IMG/VR virus record: IMGVR_UViG_3300032219_000848
Span: 1-64,000 of that record
Strand: one strand, 5' to 3'
Origin: a virus
Lineage: Duplodnaviria > Caudoviricetes
DNA length: 64,000 nt
Shown: positions 31,507 to 41,183 of the stretch, piece after piece
Numbering within the stretch: position 1 is the stretch's first letter
Layout: each line of letters starts with the position of its first letter
The notes under the pieces: generated by a model
Seen by the model: only the letters and a program-made list of their open reading frames with translations
Told to the model about the DNA's origin: nothing
Database searches by the model: none
Program-made: the position numbers and the translations under genes

Positions 31507-32458
31507 ATCTGTTTGTTCTGTTTGGCAGTTCGTACATGTTGAACCTATTCAGGTCATTTTTAATTCTACGTTGCTTATCCCAAGCAGTTTGTTTCTTTAT
31601 TTCAATGTCAGCCATAATGAAAGCTTCCTCTGACAATTGTTTGTAATAACCAAGCTTTTGTTGTATTTGTTGAAAAGTCTCATCTGTAAGTTGATTAGAC
31701 AACATTTCAAATACTTTGTATTTGATGAATGCTTCTACATATTCTCTAATACGATAGTTATCAGGAATCATTTGATTACCAATTTCATCATATTCTGTAG
31801 CGTAAAAAATTAAATGTACAATACCATTTCTGAAGTTAGTGACAAACTTATTATCTCTAATATCAAATGAATCATATCCTGCAGATCCTGGAGTAAATTG
31901 ATGTCTAGCAGGAACAGCATTACCGTTGTCCCAAGCAGTGGTGTAACTAAGATCACAATTAGATCTTGCAGAAATATTACCTGGTTTAAGTAGATAGTCT
32001 TTAGTGTATAAATTTACAGCACTATTGTTTGTCTTATAAACAGTTTGAACAAGCTCAGGCATACACACACCATCACAACCTACATTAGCACAATCAGGAT
32101 TTGTACAAGAGCCATTATTTGTAATAAGTGGACTAACTTGTATAGTTGTAGAAGTGAATGCCTGAGAATAGAAAGAATTAGCATCCTGGTAAGTGTTACT
32201 ATGAACTGATGTACACATCCAAGCCTCTCTCACTGCATAGAAATTATCTGGAAGACGTGCTTCAAAATCTGTAATATTAAGAGGTTGTTCTGTAATAACA
32301 TAAGTAGTTCTACCTAACTTCTTTAAACATTTGTCTAAATATGTAGGGAATAACAAATCATCCACTGCTCCTGTATCGAAGTAGCTCTTAAGCTCTTCCT
32401 TTACTGTAGCATATACAGGCTCAGGAGAAATAAAGTCGTATTTATAATAGTATGACAT
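31484..32458 (-). CDS. Tail tubular/ring protein
   Basis: Probable start MSYYYK at 32458. ARLPDNFY and D..G.QMIPD...IREYVEAFIKYK motifs; lies immediately before the muzzle gene. Confidence 0.65.
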   Translation of the reverse strand: MSYYYKYDFISPEPVYATVKEELKSYFDTGAVDDLLFPTYLDKCLKKLGRTTYVITEQPLNITDFEARLPDNFYAVREAWMCTSVHSNTYQDANSFYSQAFTSTTIQVSPLITNNGSCTNPDCANVGCDGVCMPELVQTVYKTNNSAVNLYTKDYLLKPGNISARSNCDLSYTTAWDNGNAVPARHQFTPGSAGYDSFDIRDNKFVTNFRNGIVHLIFYATEYDEIGNQMIPDNYRIREYVEAFIKYKVFEMLSNQLTDETFQQIQQKLGYYKQLSEEAFIMADIEIKKQTAWDKQRRIKNDLNRFNMYELPNRTNRYGRRRNN

Positions 32459-32459
32459 A

Positions 32460-32936
32460 TTATGGGATCCATTGCTGATAGATGTGTTGATACCTATCAT
32501 TTGTTTTTATATAATGAGAAAGTAATCTCGAAGTAGTTCTAGAAGGTTTGAAATACCAAAGCTCTGAATCTCTTAGTCTTGCAGAATCTTTAAACCACTT
32601 CCATCCAAAAAAATAACCTTCTGTATGATAATTAAAGTTGTAAATAATCTTACCCTTCTCTTTAGTTTTTTGCCAGTCAACAGGAAGATTAATAAACTCT
32701 TTACCATTATTAGTTTTTATCTTTTTTCTTTTCTTTTTGTTGATAGAGAATTCACCAAATCCAAATGGAGCTTTTACTTTTTCGCCTGTTTCTAAAATGT
32801 AATTTTTAAAAGACTCATTGAACTCATAGACAATAATTCTCCATTGATCAATAGAAATATTAATGGTAGGATTCTTCTTACAGAAGTTTTTGTAGTTTAC
32901 TGGGCTGGAGCTTCTCCAATCGACTGGTGTACGCAT
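32460..32936 (-). CDS. IHF/HU-like DNA-binding protein
   Basis: 158 aa, basic; GEKVKAPFGFGEFSINKKKRK...FKPSR; an IHF-like gene in this position is typical of crAss-like tail operons. Confidence 0.65.
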   Translation of the reverse strand: MRTPVDWRSSSPVNYKNFCKKNPTINISIDQWRIIVYEFNESFKNYILETGEKVKAPFGFGEFSINKKKRKKIKTNNGKEFINLPVDWQKTKEKGKIIYNFNYHTEGYFFGWKWFKDSARLRDSELWYFKPSRTTSRLLSHYIKTNDRYQHIYQQWIP

Positions 32937-33643
32937 TATTGTTTGCTCACTTGATCATCTTTATTATCAGATGTTTTATCATCATTAATTCTAAAGTATG
33001 TCTGTAGTAATTTTTGTGAAGTTAATTCTAACACTTGTTTTTCTAAATATCCTGGAACACCATATTCCTTATCTAAAGGATTTAAACAATATGCAACAAT
33101 GTCAAGACTTTGAGATGTACAACCGAATGCAATTGTATTAGAAACATCATTTTCAAAAAATGCAGAAATTCTAGCAGTTTTTAATAAAGGATTAGTTATA
33201 TATAAATAATTATTATGAATCCAAAAATATGCTTCTTTTTTAATAATAGGAAGTTTTAATAAATTAACATAACGATTAATTGTAATTTCTTTAAACTTCT
33301 TAGCTGTTCCTCCCATTGCATTAATGGAATATACACCTTGAATAAGGTATTGATAATTACCTTCTGAGATAGGAGGAAGTTTATATCTACTTCTAGAAAT
33401 TGTACAAGGATCTGTATAATCACAACATTCAGAGATGGGAACTTGTATCATCTCTAAACATGGAATAGTTGTAAACAAAGTATCTGTAGCCCATAGTCTA
33501 CGTAAATTTGTTTCACGTTTAATTAACATAACACTATTGTTCTTAATTTCAGATGCAATAGCTCTGTCTGTTATCAAACCATCAGTTGATAATAATTTGT
33601 GCAATGAACGCACGTCTGAAACTAATTTTCTTAATGTTGCCAT
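32936..33643 (-). CDS. Tail ring/adaptor protein
   Basis: Probable start MATLRKLV at 33643; SRYKLPPI and YLYI motifs; synteny. Confidence 0.6.
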   Translation of the reverse strand: MATLRKLVSDVRSLHKLLSTDGLITDRAIASEIKNNSVMLIKRETNLRRLWATDTLFTTIPCLEMIQVPISECCDYTDPCTISRSRYKLPPISEGNYQYLIQGVYSINAMGGTAKKFKEITINRYVNLLKLPIIKKEAYFWIHNNYLYITNPLLKTARISAFFENDVSNTIAFGCTSQSLDIVAYCLNPLDKEYGVPGYLEKQVLELTSQKLLQTYFRINDDKTSDNKDDQVSKQ

Positions 33644-33662
33644 TTTGTTATAATATAAATTA

Positions 33663-34886
33663 TCAAATGCGACTTTCAAATTCAGCTATTTTACCATGAT
33701 GAACATCATAGACTAATGCTAAGCCAGCTCTGATACTATGTACAAAGTTGTTATCTGCATGCCAACGGTCTGTACCAGACAAACTAGGCATTTGTTGGAT
33801 TCTAACACCTTTGACTTCCTTAGCCATATAATGATGTTTATCTCCTGTGTGAACTTCACGATATACAGCATTACCAAATTCGTGACTGTAATTTTTGTGA
33901 GTTGCAAATAATAAAGGAAGATCTTCAATCTTACAGTTACCATGATGATAACCAATGAATGTACTTCCTAATGTAATTCCTTTTACTGTTGATGTTGATC
34001 TATCAAAATATATATCAGTTTGTGATTTATAATAAACTTCTAATGCATGTGCTAAATAATATGATTTAGTCTTATCATGATTTCCTTGTACTAATATAAC
34101 TTGAACTTCTTCTGAATTTGCTTTTAAGAAATCAATCACTTGTACTAATAAATCAAATCCATGTTCATACTCTTGTGCATAATCAACAATTACATCTTGT
34201 GGAGTACCGTTGGTTGTTTGATTATGATAGTTATCTGTATGAAAGAAGTCATTTGATATAGGTAATACAACTACATCAATATTATAAACAGCTCTTACAT
34301 TCTTTATTAATTCTTGCACCGTGTGCATGTATGCCGCTTTTCTAACTTCAATATCGTTATTACCATCAATCACTTTCTTAGCTAAGTGAAAATCAGATAG
34401 AGAGATTTCTACATCTACTGTTTTCTTATCTGGATGAATATCTACAAACTTTACAGCACTGTGTTGCGGTTTATATTCTTGTAGAAACTTAGCAAAATCT
34501 TCTGGAGTGTAATCCTGTGGTTTCTTTAGTTTGGAAAACACTGAGGATGTAAACTTACCACTAGGAAGAACCTTTGACCAGTAGTTTGTAATTACATATT
34601 TATCAAGATTGATTTTATGTAATGATGCTAATTCAATGTCATCTTTAGGTTCATAGTCTAACACTAGTGTACTTTCTAGTGTTCCTTTTTCATTATTTAC
34701 TTTACGAGTAGAAGATACGTATTCTATAACTTCTTCTGTAATAGGAGTATCTTTTTCTCTTAACTCTTTTAATAATTCTTCAACTTCACCTTCCGTAATT
34801 TGTAGCTTTTCAGCCATAAATTTCTTACTCTTTTTCCAACTTAAAAGCTTTTCAAGTTGAAATAATAGGTTTTGGTCTTGAGCCAT
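33663..34886 (-). CDS. Calcineurin-like metallophosphoesterase with N-terminal HTH-like segment
   Basis: SDFH, NDFFH, GNHD, HHG and GDKHH motifs in canonical order. Confidence 0.8.
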   Translation of the reverse strand: MAQDQNLLFQLEKLLSWKKSKKFMAEKLQITEGEVEELLKELREKDTPITEEVIEYVSSTRKVNNEKGTLESTLVLDYEPKDDIELASLHKINLDKYVITNYWSKVLPSGKFTSSVFSKLKKPQDYTPEDFAKFLQEYKPQHSAVKFVDIHPDKKTVDVEISLSDFHLAKKVIDGNNDIEVRKAAYMHTVQELIKNVRAVYNIDVVVLPISNDFFHTDNYHNQTTNGTPQDVIVDYAQEYEHGFDLLVQVIDFLKANSEEVQVILVQGNHDKTKSYYLAHALEVYYKSQTDIYFDRSTSTVKGITLGSTFIGYHHGNCKIEDLPLLFATHKNYSHEFGNAVYREVHTGDKHHYMAKEVKGVRIQQMPSLSGTDRWHADNNFVHSIRAGLALVYDVHHGKIAEFESRI

Positions 34887-34911
34887 GTATCGTTATTTAG
34901 TTAAATTATCC

Positions 34912-34944
34912 TAAATATATAAATTATTTTTTGAAATTACCAAA
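34912..34944 (-). promoter_or_regulatory. Bacteroidetes-type promoter for the metallophosphoesterase gene
   Basis: TTTG (34944-34941)-N21-TATATTTA (34919-34912); one mismatch to TAnnTTTG. Confidence 0.55.
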
Positions 34945-34989
34945 CAATAGTAACTAAATTAATTATATAGGTTAATCAAATTGGTTATA

Positions 34990-35024
34990 AAAAAGAAAAC
35001 TCCTAGGGATTCTAACCCTAGGAG
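34990..35024 (-). terminator. Intrinsic terminator
   Basis: ctcctaggg-N7-ccctaggag hairpin followed on the minus strand by TTTTCTTTTT. Confidence 0.65.
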
Positions 35025-35064
35025 AAACCCCGTAAACCAACAAACAGAGTTTTTTATATCTTAA

Positions 35065-35508
35065 CTATACGGTGCAGGATCCAACTAATGTTAATGGACC
35101 GCCCACTGTAACAGTTACAGAACCATAAACAGCACATACACTAGATGTAGTAGCTAAAGCATAATTACTAACAGGAGTGCTACTTCCACAAGGAGTGTAA
35201 GTTATAGTAGCTTGTTGAGCTGTATCATTTCTCCATTGTTGACAAGAAGTTAAAGGATTAGTAGTAGTGGTTGTTGTAGTTGGACTTGCAGGATTTACAA
35301 TATTTATATCTAAAGAGTTTGTACAAGTTCCTGTAGAAGTAGCTCTAATAAAAGTTGCATTATCTGGTACAGAATTTAATGTATACCCTGAAATTAATGC
35401 AGCTCTAGAAATACCAGTTACTAAAGGATTAACCAAATTTACATTTGAGAATAAATTAAATGGACCAGTGTTTGCTCCAGGAGAGGTTAGTGTTACTATG
35501 ACAATCAT
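35065..35508 (-). CDS. Small structural/fibre-associated protein with poly-Thr linker
   Basis: 147 aa; two small beta domains joined by PTTTTTTT. Confidence 0.6.
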   Translation of the reverse strand: MIVIVTLTSPGANTGPFNLFSNVNLVNPLVTGISRAALISGYTLNSVPDNATFIRATSTGTCTNSLDINIVNPASPTTTTTTTNPLTSCQQWRNDTAQQATITYTPCGSSTPVSNYALATTSSVCAVYGSVTVTVGGPLTLVGSCTV

Positions 35509-35533
35509 CGAATTTTATATTTAAAATGTTAAT

Positions 35534-35803
35534 TTATTTGTTAATTAATATTTGTACTTTACTAGCAATCATAGGAACTGTAAATGCAACAGCATAGTCT
35601 GCATTACAATATTTCCATTCTAGTATTTGTTTATATTGCAATAAGTCAAATATTACTTGACCGTTAATGTAATAGTTTAAATCGTAAACAATATTATTAT
35701 ATTGCTCATTAGCAAGAGAAGCAACTTTTATATTAATATTATTTAATAATACAGGAATGGTAGCACAATCAATACATGCATTGAGCCTAGGTAATAACAT
35801 CAT
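35534..35803 (-). CDS. Small structural protein (tail hub-like by synteny)
   Basis: 89 aa, tightly packed in the operon. Confidence 0.5.
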   Translation of the reverse strand: MMLLPRLNACIDCATIPVLLNNINIKVASLANEQYNNIVYDLNYYINGQVIFDLLQYKQILEWKYCNADYAVAFTVPMIASKVQILINK

Positions 35804-35804
35804 A

Positions 35805-35957
35805 TTATTGAGGATTTAATCGTTTTGCTTCTTCTATTGCTTGTTGGGATGCTATAGCCTCTTGTTGAGCAACCACACTAACGCAAGAAGCACACATTCC
35901 ATTGGTAAGTTGGCATCCACAGCCAACAGAAACACCACACCTTGTACAATTAGCCAT
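35805..35957 (-). CDS. Small Cys-rich protein (50 aa), not in the ORF track
   Basis: MANCTRCGVSVGCGCQLTNGMCASCVSVVAQQEAIASQQAIEEAKRLNPQ*; fills the gap exactly and overlaps the upstream stop. Confidence 0.7.
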   Translation of the reverse strand: MANCTRCGVSVGCGCQLTNGMCASCVSVVAQQEAIASQQAIEEAKRLNPQ

Positions 35958-36523
35958 TATTGAAAGTTGATTATATAGTTATTACCTGAACAACCACAGT
36001 TATTTTTAATGAAATTATCTAGCATTATATTAGCTTGCTGATATAATTTAGCAGCTTGTGTAGAAGCTAAGTTGTTGGCAGCAGCAATAGATCCTTGAAT
36101 TAAAAAATAAATACTACTTAATGTAACTTTTTGTTGTGTTTTAATAGCCATATCACATTCCATCATATCAAGTTTCATAAATGCATTATCAAACTTTTCT
36201 TGAATCTTATCTGTACGCATGATACTCTTACTTACGGGAGTAGTTCCTGTTATAGAATATGTAAGTCCGTAGATACCATCTGGAAGAGGATTAGTTACCC
36301 CAACTGTAGACAATTGTAAAGTTGCAGAGTTGAAGATGTTGTAATCATTAGGAGTGAATGGAATAGATACTGTACTACCTCCTGAAAGAGTTAATACACC
36401 AGAAGGTAATGTAACAACCATAGTTGGAGCTACAGGAGTTCCAACATATGTAGAATTATCAGCAACACCTAATGTTAACGTGTTGTAGGTATTAATTACC
36501 AGAAAATTTAAAGTTATTGCCAT
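35957..36523 (-). CDS. Structural protein (tail hub-like by synteny)
   Basis: Probable start MAITLNF at 36523, because the longer start runs through a terminator hairpin; LPDGIY motif. Confidence 0.6.
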   Translation of the reverse strand: MAITLNFLVINTYNTLTLGVADNSTYVGTPVAPTMVVTLPSGVLTLSGGSTVSIPFTPNDYNIFNSATLQLSTVGVTNPLPDGIYGLTYSITGTTPVSKSIMRTDKIQEKFDNAFMKLDMMECDMAIKTQQKVTLSSIYFLIQGSIAAANNLASTQAAKLYQQANIMLDNFIKNNCGCSGNNYIINFQ

Positions 36524-36528
36524 GTTAT

Positions 36529-36574
36529 AAAAATAATGCCAGAGGATAGAGATTATCCTCTTACCCTCTGGCAT
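36529..36574 (-). terminator. Intrinsic terminator after the 369-aa gene
   Basis: atgccagagg/cctctggcat inverted repeat followed by TATTTTT on the minus strand. Confidence 0.65.
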
Positions 36575-36595
36575 AGGTTAGACTAGTTGTCCTTA

Positions 36596-37705
36596 TTAAG
36601 GAACTAAAGGATTAAAAGTTGGAGTTCCAGGAGTTTCATCTCTAGGAGTACCTAAAGCAGCAACTAAAACAGTTTGGATACCAGTAGAAACACCACCTGC
36701 AGGAGCAGCTATGATTACTGTAGAATCTTGGTGAATGTAATCACTCCACTGATAAGTAGATTGATCCAATGTATTGAACTTGATATAATAAGTATCATAA
36801 GTAGTACCTGTAGACACCCAAGACTCAAAGTTCTCATTGTATCCAGCCATGCGATATAAATGCTTCAAATAACCAGCTTGGTAGCTATAGAAGTTTTTCT
36901 CTAATTGAGCAATCTCTGGAGCTGATCCAGTTGGATAAGTAGATTTTCTAGTAATTGCAGCTGTAGCAACAAGATTACAAGAATCATCTACAATAAAGTC
37001 AGCAGTAGTAGCTGGGCCAGCATAAGGGAATGTACGGAAGTACATACGATCATACTCGTAAGGGAATGCAGCAACATCACAAGGTTGTCCATAAACTGTT
37101 AACGCTTTAGCAGTGATAACTAATTTAGAAGATTGACCAGATCCAGAACGAGAGAATGTCCAGAATGTGTTGAAAGAAATGTTGTCAGGATTATTTCCTG
37201 GAGCAGCTTGTGTAAACTTAGTAATGAATGCATCAACTAAAGTTTGATAATTTACCGCACCACAAGGATCTCCACCACAAGCTAAGCAAGTACCTTTAAC
37301 AGTTACCGAACGAGTGAAACCATTGAAATACAATGTATCAATGTAAGAAGAGTGCGCACGTAATGTAATAGTTACATCAGTTTCAGGAGTAACATTCCAA
37401 GCAGAAACTTCAGTAATTTGAGTGGTAACTGTAGAGTCACCAGTTATTTTGTACCATTCAGTTACGTTAGTTCCAGTTGAAGAGATCTTGTCAGAACGCT
37501 TCGAACCTTGTAAGTAAGTGTTTGTACGACCTTGAGCAACATAGAAGTATTTATTAGTAGTTTGGATGTTACCAGCAGTAGCTACTGTATAATCCGCCTT
37601 AAAAATACCTACTTGGCCTGCAGTCAAGTTTTGCGTAGATCCAGAGCTAGGCAATGTGTTGCCTACAGGAACTACAAACAGGGTGGTTAATGAAAAATCA
37701 GCCAT
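36596..37705 (-). CDS. Structural protein (auxiliary capsid-like by synteny)
   Basis: 369 aa, Thr/Ala-rich and beta-rich; three genes downstream of MCP; followed by a terminator. Confidence 0.6.
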   Translation of the reverse strand: MADFSLTTLFVVPVGNTLPSSGSTQNLTAGQVGIFKADYTVATAGNIQTTNKYFYVAQGRTNTYLQGSKRSDKISSTGTNVTEWYKITGDSTVTTQITEVSAWNVTPETDVTITLRAHSSYIDTLYFNGFTRSVTVKGTCLACGGDPCGAVNYQTLVDAFITKFTQAAPGNNPDNISFNTFWTFSRSGSGQSSKLVITAKALTVYGQPCDVAAFPYEYDRMYFRTFPYAGPATTADFIVDDSCNLVATAAITRKSTYPTGSAPEIAQLEKNFYSYQAGYLKHLYRMAGYNENFESWVSTGTTYDTYYIKFNTLDQSTYQWSDYIHQDSTVIIAAPAGGVSTGIQTVLVAALGTPRDETPGTPTFNPLVP

Positions 37706-37735
37706 TTGTATATTTGTTTATTGTTAAAAAAAAAT

Positions 37736-38461
37736 TTACTCGTTCGTTTGAATTCTATATGTTGCACTTTGAACCGCAGATTGGTTCTCTGTATACATAG
37801 CTAAATTCTGTACTGTTAAATCTAAAAGTTCATCTTCTAGATATAGTTCTAATTCGCAATCTACATTAGTTGATGCAGTACCATCAAATTTAACATACCC
37901 AACTTTATCTATGTAAACTGGATATCTCATGTAAGAAACCCACACCTTACTTGGGGTAAATGTACCATCTGTGTAGATGGAAAGTTCATTAGAAGATAAA
38001 GAATTAAATGTTTCTTGATATTCAAATGATGGTTTGTAATGATCATTATTTAATAATAAAGAAATATCACCGTGTTTTGAAAGATCTTTATTAATCCAAA
38101 TTTGTCTATTGATACATAAACCTTTAGTAGCTATAACATAAGCATCTACGTAAAACATATACTTAGGAGTAAGTAATGATAAATCTGCAGACCACTGATT
38201 AATTACAGCATTTTTTAAAACTAGTGATAGATCTTTATATATTACCACTAGTTTTTGTAAATCTTCATAACGTTTCTTGAACGCATCCAATCCCAATCCT
38301 GAGATTGTATTTTGACCATCAACTTTTTGTTTAATTAATTTAATCTGCGCCTCATTGAGAGCTAAGATTTTATCTTCTAATGGTATTTGTTGATGTTCAT
38401 TAGTAGATAGTTTATTTAGTTTCTGATCAATCTTATATAATAAACTATCTACTGGGATCAT
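37736..38461 (-). CDS. Head-tail ring protein
   Basis: 241 aa; LNEAQ..L, KRYEDLQKL, Y.RYP and DCEL motifs typical of crAss-like ring proteins. Confidence 0.65.
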   Translation of the reverse strand: MIPVDSLLYKIDQKLNKLSTNEHQQIPLEDKILALNEAQIKLIKQKVDGQNTISGLGLDAFKKRYEDLQKLVVIYKDLSLVLKNAVINQWSADLSLLTPKYMFYVDAYVIATKGLCINRQIWINKDLSKHGDISLLLNNDHYKPSFEYQETFNSLSSNELSIYTDGTFTPSKVWVSYMRYPVYIDKVGYVKFDGTASTNVDCELELYLEDELLDLTVQNLAMYTENQSAVQSATYRIQTNE

Positions 38462-39426
38462 ATCGAAGCTAATTTTTTACCTTTTAATTTTTGTTCTAAT
38501 ACAATAAGCTCATCTTGATTATCATCGTTAGCTAAAAACTTAACTAATTCTTCTTCATCAATTGCAACTTCTAACTCACCCATATAAATTTTTCCATTTG
38601 CTTTCATTCGATAAATGGAGTGAGATAATGCTTGTTTTACCAAGTCTTTAATATGAAGTAAATTTTCCTTCATATCTGCAAAACGATTAAATACCTCTAC
38701 TGGATTTAATCCTTGGTATTTACCATCTTTTAATTCAGTTTGTTTCAACAAGTTATCAACAAGGTTGTAAACAACTTCTTCTTTAGTATCATCAACTACA
38801 GGTAATCCTAACAAACGAGCAACTTTTTTCTTCTTATCAGGAGACATTGCATCAAACTTGATAATAGCTTTGTTGATTAATTGTTTCTTTTTGTAAACAA
38901 CCGCATTCTCGATTTCATCATCTACAACATAGAATTGTGTATCTGCAGGAAATTCACCACGTTCCCAAGCCTGATATGAACTTGCAATCGTTGGATGAAC
39001 TCGTAACCAAGAAAAAGCAACTTCTTGTAACGTATTAGTGAAATCAAAATAATTATCACCATCTAGTAACTTAACTGGTTGCACATGCATTTCATCAGTT
39101 ATAGAAGTTGATAAGCCGTAATTCCAAAACTTAGAACGAGGACCAAGATCTACATCGCCTAATTGTAATTCTAATTTAGCACGTAAATTTGTTACACGTT
39201 CAATTTCTAATTCACGTTCTGTCGGATCTTGAATTCTACGAATGTAAGCAGCATTAGGATCTAATCCTGTGCGATAATGTCCATCCATTTCCTTGTAAGG
39301 ATATTTGAAAACTCCTGTTCCAGGAATACGTGTCAAACCTTTTTGTGCAAGTCCAGCTTGCATTGTTTGCAATTGCGAATTGTTGTAATCTTTCTTAATA
39401 GTAGAAATTTTTCCCATTTTACCCAT
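38458..39426 (-). CDS. Hypothetical protein downstream of MCP
   Basis: Probable start MGKMGKIS at 39426; about 322 aa. Confidence 0.6.
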   Translation of the reverse strand: MGKMGKISTIKKDYNNSQLQTMQAGLAQKGLTRIPGTGVFKYPYKEMDGHYRTGLDPNAAYIRRIQDPTERELEIERVTNLRAKLELQLGDVDLGPRSKFWNYGLSTSITDEMHVQPVKLLDGDNYFDFTNTLQEVAFSWLRVHPTIASSYQAWERGEFPADTQFYVVDDEIENAVVYKKKQLINKAIIKFDAMSPDKKKKVARLLGLPVVDDTKEEVVYNLVDNLLKQTELKDGKYQGLNPVEVFNRFADMKENLLHIKDLVKQALSHSIYRMKANGKIYMGELEVAIDEEELVKFLANDDNQDELIVLEQKLKGKKLASI

Positions 39427-39507
39427 AGTATGTAGTTGTTTTAATTGGTTTTTTAGCAGAGTGCTATCCATCGAAGGAATAGCGACAATAGTCCAAGCAC
39501 TCTATAT

Positions 39508-39556
39508 TCAAGAACACTCTCCCTCATAGGAGGGAGGAGAGAGGGAGAGGTTCTTG
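39508..39556 (-). terminator. Strong hairpin after the major capsid gene
   Basis: caagaac.ctctccctc...gagggagag.gttcttg inverted repeat. Confidence 0.6.
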
Positions 39557-39593
39557 TGCTTTCGATTGAAAGCTAGGGCTGTTGCCCCATGTA

Positions 39594-41147
39594 TTAGAAC
39601 TGAGGTATTTCTTCAATCAAGACTGTGCGAGACAAGTCTTCAATAAACACATCACAACGATCTTTCATCCAGATTTCGTATCCTGGGAATTTGTTAGCAC
39701 TTGACATACCTTGAGATTTTGCAAATCCTAAGTGGTGACGAGTACCATCGATATAACCCCAAGTCATAGAAGGAGCACCCTTCATACGTACTTCACGGAT
39801 GTTGTTAATCATAGAACCATCAGACATTGGAGAAACGTCAAACACCATAAATACTGGAGTAGACTTCTTGTTTTGTCCAAATTCTAAGTTAGATTGAGGA
39901 AGGTCTAATTCTTTTAAGTGAATTAACTCAACACGACCAGTCTCACGAGTAACCATTGCATCGAATGCAAAGTTGTAAGTGATGTGTTGTCCTTCTCCTT
40001 GCATATAACGATTACCTGAATCAGCCATGAAAGTAAGACCTGAATTCAATGCATCATTTTTCAAAGCTTGTTGGAACACGTCAAAACCAGCTTCGTTAGT
40101 GTACATTTTAACACGGCGATCTTTAACATCCACACGTCTGTAGAATAAATCACCAAATACCGAACGAATCAAGTTAGCAGTGAATTCTCCACGGTTGTAT
40201 TGTACTAAGTTACCGTTGTTACGCATTCTGTGATAAACACCAGCAGATGTACGCTTTAAGTTTTGTTGAGAACCACTAGTCTTAACTGTACCTGGCTTAG
40301 ACCAGATCATACGCTTAACTTTTAATTCTAACATAGACTTACGCATCCAGAATTCAATAAACGGTTCCCATTTAACATCATTACGAGTTAAAGGTAATTG
40401 GTTACGTCTTTGTGGAGCATATACTAAAATATCTAATGCTTTACCAGAAGCATCAACCATCATCTTATCATCAGCCCATTCAGTAATCTTGTGCTCATAA
40501 CCATATGCAGAACCTAATGATTCAAACATTGTGATTTGCTCACCTAAACGAGGCAATCCTAATAAGTCTTGATCAAACTCACCAATAACTGCATCAATTA
40601 ATTCTAATTCAATACCAAGTTGTAAGAATGTAGAAGAAACGAAATCAACTGTTGGATTATCAGAAATCAAAGTGAAAGTGTACAAGTAACCTGCGTTGTA
40701 AGGAACTGGATCTTTGATAACAAAGAAACGAGGACCATACTGACGAGTACCTACTGATACTACAGCATTCTTAGAGAATTCATTAGTATCAATAACTAAA
40801 GAAAATTCCTGACCATCAATACCTGGTTTCTCAAAAGCTAGAGTAGTAGCAGGAATGTCAATGACTTTAGGAAATTTGTAAGGAACTGCGATTTGCCACT
40901 TCCAAGCATCACTGTTGTTGTCAATGTAATACGGAGTTGACTTGTTGATCATGTCCAAGAAGTCATTACTATACAATGAACTCTGAGTGTACAAGCTGAT
41001 AATTTTCTTATCGTAGTCTGCAGGCTCAGTTGAGTGAAAGCTTTCCAAGTGGTTAGAATCTGTCAACTTACCAACTGCACGTTTGTCCATAGACGCAACG
41101 CGAGCGTAAGTAAAGCCAGTTAAACCTGGAATTGTTTGAATTGCCAT
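39594..41147 (-). CDS. Major capsid protein
   Basis: 517 aa in terL-portal-scaffold-MCP order; strongly biased codons; followed by a hairpin. Confidence 0.85.
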   Translation of the reverse strand: MAIQTIPGLTGFTYARVASMDKRAVGKLTDSNHLESFHSTEPADYDKKIISLYTQSSLYSNDFLDMINKSTPYYIDNNSDAWKWQIAVPYKFPKVIDIPATTLAFEKPGIDGQEFSLVIDTNEFSKNAVVSVGTRQYGPRFFVIKDPVPYNAGYLYTFTLISDNPTVDFVSSTFLQLGIELELIDAVIGEFDQDLLGLPRLGEQITMFESLGSAYGYEHKITEWADDKMMVDASGKALDILVYAPQRRNQLPLTRNDVKWEPFIEFWMRKSMLELKVKRMIWSKPGTVKTSGSQQNLKRTSAGVYHRMRNNGNLVQYNRGEFTANLIRSVFGDLFYRRVDVKDRRVKMYTNEAGFDVFQQALKNDALNSGLTFMADSGNRYMQGEGQHITYNFAFDAMVTRETGRVELIHLKELDLPQSNLEFGQNKKSTPVFMVFDVSPMSDGSMINNIREVRMKGAPSMTWGYIDGTRHHLGFAKSQGMSSANKFPGYEIWMKDRCDVFIEDLSRTVLIEEIPQF

Positions 41148-41183
41148 TTGTTTGTTTTGTTTAAATTAAAAAAATATTACGTG

